64,000 nt of DNA, from assembly GCA_030390025.1 (NCBI GenBank), contig CM059440.1, forward strand, positions 24,552,001-24,616,000, read 5' to 3'. Below, piece after piece: positions 58,114 through 64,000 of the stretch. The translations under genes and the position numbers were made by a program. The number at the start of each line of letters is the position of its first letter. Position 1 is the stretch's first letter. This DNA is from Squalus acanthias. Its lineage: Eukaryota. The notes below the pieces were generated by a model, which had not been told where the DNA came from, did not search any database, and saw only the letters and a program-made list of their open reading frames with translations.

Positions 58114-59523
58114 TCATTGAATCTTGCAGCATGGGAGGCCATTCACCCCATCAGGCCTGTGGCGGCTCTTTGAAAGAGCTCTCCAATTAGTCCAAATCCC
58201 CCGCTCTTTCCTCATAGCTCTGCAAATTTTTCCTTTTCAGGTATATATCCAATTTCCTTTTGAAAGTTACTATTCAATCGGCTTCCACCACCCTTTCAGG
58301 CAGTGCATTCCAGACATAACCGCTCATTGTGTAAAAGAATTCATCCTCATCACCCCTGTGGTTCTTTTGACAATTATCTTAACAGAGTGATTATCCACAC
58401 GAACACTTTTGTAGCCTTCTGCGCAAGCGCATTGTTTCCAGGAGCCGCACATGCATTACCCAACTATTGTGGCCTGCAGCATAGGCCACGCTTTCATTGG
58501 CTGCGTAAGGAGAAGAGAGAGGGGATCAGAGGGGGGAGAGACTGGAGGAAGAGAGAGGGATCGGGGAGGGAGAGAGGGGTGGGGAGAAGAGAGAGGGATG
58601 AGGGGGAGAGAGAGGGGGTCGGGGAAGAGAGAGGGATGAGGGAGAGAGAGGGGGTCGGGGAAGAGAGAGGGATGAGGGAGAGAGAGAGGGATGAGGGAGA
58701 GGGGGTTGGGGAAGAGGGGGATGAGGGAGAGAGAGGGGTGGGGGAAGAGAGGGATGAGGGAGAGAGGGGGTCGGGGAAGAGAGAGGGATGAGGGGGTCGG
58801 GGAAGAGAGAGGGATGAGGGGGTCGGGGAGAGAGGGGGTTGGGGAGAGAGAGGGGGGAGTCGGGAAGAGGGATGAGGGAGAGAGGGATGAGGGAGAGAGG
58901 GGGGTCGGGGAAGAGAGGGATGAGGGAGAGAGGGGGGGTCGGGGAAGAGAGGGATGAGGGAGAGAGAGGGGGTCGGGGAAGAGGGATGAGGGAGAGAGAG
59001 AGAGGGGGTCGGGGAGAGAGGGATGGGAGAGAGAAGCTCGAAAGGGGGGGAAGAGAGAGGATCGGGGGAAGGGGAAGAGAGAGAGGATCGGGGGAAGGGG
59101 AGAGAGGGATCGGGGGAGAGAGAGGCTCGAAAGGGGGGAGAGAGGGATCAGGAAGAAGAGAGGGATTGGGATAAAGAGAGAGGATCGGGGGAAGGGGAGA
59201 GAGAGAGGATTGGGGGATGGGGAGAGAGGGATCGGAGGGGGAGAGAGAGGAGATCGGAGGGGAGAGAGAGAGAGGATCGGAGGGATCAGAGGGAATTGGA
59301 GGCAGAGAAACTGATGGGTGTGTCTTGTCCTCCAAGGGGACCAATCAGAAATCAGGTCTTGTCCTCCAAGGTGACCAATCAGAAATCTGGTGTTGGAAAT
59401 AAACACGACCTTATCTTAAATCATCCGTGTCCTCTGATTACCGACCCTCCCGATGGTGGAAACAGTTTCTCCCTATTTACTCTATCAAAACCCCTCATAA
59501 TTTTGAAGACCTCTATTAAATCT
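58114..59523 (-). mobile_element. CR1 3' fragment (58114-58382 + 59420-59523) split by a 1-kb insertion
   Basis: ggaggccattc..cttccaccaccctttcaggcag..caattatcttaa|atc..ggaaacagtttctccctatttactctatc; rejoins cleanly when the insert is removed. Confidence 0.8.
58383..59410. mobile_element. Unclassified insertion with 8-9 bp TSD, carrying a GA-rich minisatellite (about 58508-59300)
   Basis: TTATCTTAA at 58374-58382 and 59411-59419; internal array of (ggggtcggggaagagagagggatgagggagagag)-like units. Confidence 0.8.
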
Positions 59524-60241
59524 AATTGCAGTTTTAACTAGTTAAACCCCAGCAGTACCTCAATGCATACTTGAGGGATCTTAAGCCTTGCCTCTTGCCA
59601 CATTGCCTACATTCTGTACTTTTAGGTTAGTGGGGAGAGAGTGCACATTTTGTATCGGACAAATGGAATCTATACTTGCGTGGATTTCTCAGTAGTTTGG
59701 CTTGGAGGCTTAAGCATTCGGAATGTTTTCTGTGAGTGTTGGAACATGGCTGGTCAAAAAAATGTCCTTCATGCCTGTGTGGGATTAGTGGAGGCAGGAG
59801 TGTGAAAAACCAGTCCATTGGTGTGATCTAGGAGCTAGGGTGTGACTGATGCTGGGAGGAGTGGGGGAGAAGAGAGCAACTGCATGGGCAGTAAGGTGGC
59901 AGATGGAGTATAATGTAGGGAAATGTGAGGTTATTCACTTTGGTAGGAAAAATAGAATATTTTTTAAATGGTGAGAAACTTTCAAATGTTGGTTTTCAGA
60001 GAGAGTTGGGTGTCCTCGTGCAAGAAACATAGAAAGCTAGCATTCAGGTACAGCAAGCAATAAGGAAGGCAAATGGCATGTTGGGCTTTATTGCAAGGGG
60101 GTTGGAGTATAAGAGTAAGGAAGTCTTGCTACAATTGTACAGGGCCTTGGTGAGACCACACCTGGAGTACAGTGCACAGTTTTGGTCTCCTTATCTAAGG
60201 AAGGATATACTTGCCTTGGAAACAAAGGTTCACTAGATTAT

Positions 60242-60534
60242 GCAGCTGTCCTTCATTCTGCCAGTGGATTTCACACTTCATTCAGCCTTAATCTGTCACA
60301 TTAACACCACCTCTAGCCTTGCATATCTCTTAATGTCTCTTAATGTCTCTTCATCTCCTCCTTTGTTCCTTTATCCCCTCCCCCTTTTCCCAGCTTTACC
60401 CTGGCCTTAAATCTATTTGATTTCCAGCTCTTCCCAGTTCTGATGAAAGGTCATCGACCTGAAACGTCAACTCTCTTTCTCTCTCTACGGATGCTGCCTG
60501 GCCTGCTGAGTTTTTCCAGCGTTTTCTGTTGTTA
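60242..60534 (+). mobile_element. Penelope-derived short insert with hammerhead motif (60436-60472, GUC triplet), 13-bp TSD
   Basis: TSD TTCACTAGATTAT at 60229-60241 and 60535-60547; agtt-CTGATGA-aaggtcatcgacct-GAAAC-GT-C-aact. Confidence 0.88.
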
Positions 60535-60662
60535 TTCACTAGATTATTTCCTGGGATGAGAGGGCTGTCCTATGATGAGAGATTGTGTAGAATGGGCCTA
60601 CACTCTCTGGAGTTTAGAAGAATGAGAGGTGATCTCATTGAAACATACAAGATTCTGAAGGG

Positions 60663-60865
60663 TCTGTGAAATGTCTCTTCATCTCCCCCTTTGTTCCTTT
60701 ATCCCCTCCCCCTTTTCCCAGCTTTACCCTGGCCTTAAATCTATTTGATTTCCGGCTCTTCCCAGTTCTGATGAAAGGTCATCGACCTGAAACGTTAACT
60801 CTCTTTCTCTCTCCACGGATGCTGCCTGGCCTGCTGAGTTTTTCCAGCGTTTTCTGTTGTTATTT
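60663..60865 (+). mobile_element. Penelope-derived short insert with hammerhead motif (60764-60800), 14-bp TSD
   Basis: TSD AAGATTCTGAAGGG at 60649-60662 and 60866-60879; nearly identical to the 3' part of the 60242 insert. Confidence 0.88.
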
Positions 60866-61959
60866 AAGATTCTGAAGGGGATGGATAGGGTAGATGCTGA
60901 GAGGTTGTTTCCCCTGGCTGGAGTGTCTAGAACTAGGGGGCATAGACTCAGGATAAGGGGTCGGCCATTTAAGACTGAGATGAGGAGGAATTTCTTCACT
61001 CAGAGGGTTGTGAATCTTTGGAATTCTCTGGCCCAGAGGGCTGTGAATGCTGAGTCTTTATATATTCAAGGCTGAGATAAATAGATTTTTGGACTCTAGG
61101 GGAATCAAGGGATATGGAGATCGGGCGGGAAAGTGGAGTTGAGGTCGATGATCAGCCATGGTCTTATTTAATGGCGGAGCAGGCTCGAGGGGCCATATGG
61201 CCTACTCCTGCTCTTATTTCTTATGTTCTTATGCTTTAAAGTGAATTTTACACTTGGATCCAGATTAAGGTGGCAGCAGCCAGATGGACTGAAGCCTTAG
61301 CAGCTTTACCAATGGAGGGAAACAATTAGATAACCACTGGTGCATTGGGGGAAGGACAATGCATTGCAGCATTGTTGGATTCCTAAACCTGTGGAACTGC
61401 CAGTGAACACACTGAGAATATTGGTTTCCCATTTACCAATGAAACTGTTCCACAGTGTGATGATGCACAAGCCATTTCACAGTCTGACTCAATCTATCCT
61501 ATGACCCGGTCTTTTTGCAACTTGCCCACTCTGGTTTGTGATTCATGTAATTAGATTCCAGCCAGTATCGTCTAGTACATTTAATTAACCATTTCTTTCT
61601 GTGAGGGTAAAGCTTCAATTAACTAATCCCAACGAGCACACAACTCCGCACATCCAATAAGTGCCAGCTCTTACTAAAGCTCCTTTGTGTAAGAATTATT
61701 CAATAAGTTCCTGTTTCTCACTGCCTTTTACGATATCTGGAAAAATAACTCGGGGAGATTCTAGGTCAGGCTGGGTGGAGTAATCCACATGTGCATAGAG
61801 CACATGATTTGGTTTAACTGTTCCACGCTGCTCAGGTCTATGAACGGGCACCTCCTGTTGATTCACCATACCTCTACTGCCTGTCACGGCACATTAATGC
61901 CCCAAGGTATAACACTCCTTACCCAACTCTAGTATTTAAAATCAGATATATCTCCAAGT

Positions 61960-62465
61960 ACCTCATCTCTCGACCCAACTGATCAGACAGCGTTTCACCC
62001 CATCAGCTGTGCAGAGATACTGGCCAAACCAGCCCACACCAATCAGCAAAGATAGCAACCATCAAAGAAACTCCGCTCAACATAGATAAGGGCCAAACAT
62101 CTGCCCTTCACTGAGCATAGATAAGAGCCAAAATCCCTCCCCTCATTGAGCACAGGATAGATGCAAGTTTCCTGACTCCACTTTTCAGATACCGCTACCC
62201 CTTCCCCCATTTAGCAGAGATAGAGACCAATATGACCCCACCTGATTGAGCAAAGATAGTAAACAGTACACTCCCAGAGAGCAGAGATAGCAGCCACCAT
62301 CCACCCTCCAAGTACAGATCAAGTACCTTTCTCCCAACTCCACTTATCAGATATTGAGGCCAACCCCGCCCTCCCATCCAAAGGACAAATCCCCCTCAAC
62401 TGAGCAGAATCCCACCCAGCATCTCACCCACAAGCAACTCAGCACCACTGTAAAACCTGAGCTAA
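61960..62465 (+). repeat. Highly degenerate tandem repeat (ctgagcanagata.. units of about 35-40 bp)
   Basis: Recurring gagca.agata(a/g) motif separated by C-rich spacers. Confidence 0.5.
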
Positions 62466-64000
62466 AACGCTTCCTCTCCCCCCCCCACTCCCCCCACTCC
62501 TCCAATGGAACTGTCATTGGGTTCTGGCTCAGTGCAGCTCCCTCCTCCCACTGAGAGGAAAATTGGCCCTGGTCCTATGTCCCCAACCCTTCCCTATCCA
62601 CTGTTGTCTCCTCTCCTCTACTCCCTCTCCCCCTCCTCTTCTCATATCGCATCTCCCTCCCCCTGCCCCTGCATCTCCTAGGAATTGGGGGAGGGACGGA
62701 AAGGTGGAGATACAGGGATGAGTCCTGTAAGAAGTGAGGCGATGGCCTGATGGACTTTCTTTGTCCTGAGTACATAGCATTACATAACAATTGACTAATT
62801 CTAGATTAGTCAAAATAGTCCCATTCCTTTTGATAGAAGGAGATATTTACTAGGGATTATAATGTGGGTGGAGAGGTGGTAGGAGGGTTGAGTGGCAACT
62901 CTTCTGACCAACCCTGGACAAGGGACGGATCAGGAATCAAGCCCCAACTTCCTGGGGGACAGGAAACAAGAGAACAAAGCCCACATTTGGGGAAGTCAGT
63001 TGGTGAGGTGTACTGAGAGGGAGGCCAGTAAGCTCTAGGGGAGTCAACCAGGCCCTGTGTAAAATCAGCTTTACCATTTATATTAAATGTGTTATCAGTC
63101 TACCTGCTGAACAATTGGAGAAGTGCATGTGAGGGCACATGCGAAAGACACAATATGCCCCGGGTTAAGTTAATTATGTGGTTAGATAGTGGACAGTGCA
63201 AGCACCCTCCTAAATGTAAGATGTGGGGACCACTTACGGGAGTGACCAATGCTGCTGAAGCCAAGAGAATATCTGAGGCAGGCCCAAAATTTCTAACATC
63301 CCAATTTATCTAATAAGACTGGAACGATTCCCTGGCAGTTGTGGGTGGTCCGTACAGTGGTCTGAACCCCACCAGTCTCAATGCTCACACTAACCATTTG
63401 AAATGCAAAACTTCAGATTCAGATTCAGATTCGAAGGAGGTGAATTTTGTACAAGTCAGATATGGATTCCAAATGTCTCCAAACACCAGATCTTAGAAAC
63501 CTGTGAACTGCTGATAACAACCCTCATTAATAACCTCATTGAACTGGCCTGCCAGAGGGTAATTAAAGAGAAAATAACAGATTGTTGGCAACAGGCCGTC
63601 TTTCCTCTAGGTAAACTGATTTTATGAGACTTTTTAATTATATTCTGTAAACACAATGCGCCCACATGATTCAAAGTACGAATAGCTGGGAACAAAGGCA
63701 CGCAACCTGACAGCAGTTGCGTGCAGCAGAAGCTCCCTTTCATCAGCACCTTGTCAGGAAACTATAAATGTACCGCGGAGCTCCAAACATCAATAAACAG
63801 GTGAGTGTCAAAACAACAAAACGAGTTTCCACTGATTGAAGTAGCAGTTTGTTAATGGTGCTGTCAGTCATTCATCATCACTCCTTCATCCTCAATACAA
63901 ACAGGTAATCCTGCAAGCAGCAAACTTCATGGCACACTGTCCCTTTAGGATTATTGTGTAGTCTTACCACATCCAGTCTTGCTCTGTATGTAAGGCATCT

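Larger units (their letters stand above)
59895..61233 (+). mobile_element. CR1 LINE fragment interrupted by two Penelope-derived inserts
   Basis: CR1 ORF2 C-terminal sequence and tail (ORF 60857); nearly the reverse complement of 27680-28293. Confidence 0.9.

Noticed and set aside
58451-59541. Several long Pro/Leu/Ser or Glu/Arg/Gly ORFs (up to 316 aa)
   Set aside because: Stop-free frames across a GA-rich tandem array; not genes

Overview
Vertebrate genomic DNA, most likely from a cartilaginous fish (inferred from the repeat content: CR1/HER1-type LINEs, DeuSINE/SacSINE1-like and LF-SINE-like SINEs, Penelope elements). The window holds one complete 17-exon protein-coding gene on the + strand, EPHA2 (ephrin type-A receptor 2), with ATG at 5702 and TGA ending at 53217. 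The spliced CDS is 2928 nt (975 aa), all introns are GT-AG and all phases are compatible. A CpG-island promoter precedes it and a ~1.8 kb 3' UTR follows. The rest is intronic or intergenic and rich in nested mobile elements. The most notable non-coding signals are: (i) a Penelope-like retroelement (RT + GIY-YIG, decayed) plus several short, recent, TSD-flanked derivatives, each carrying a minimal type I hammerhead ribozyme motif, one forming a perfect 88-bp hairpin in EPHA2 intron 15; (ii) a 1-kb unclassified insertion with an 8-9 bp TSD carrying a GA-rich minisatellite and duplicated CCAAT boxes; (iii) MITE-like elements with internal palindromes and splice donors; (iv) tandem miR-26 sites and other probably conserved 3' UTR blocks. 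There are no CRISPR arrays, rRNA genes or true tRNA genes. Comparisons with human EPHA2 and with repeat consensus sequences are from memory and need confirming by alignment.
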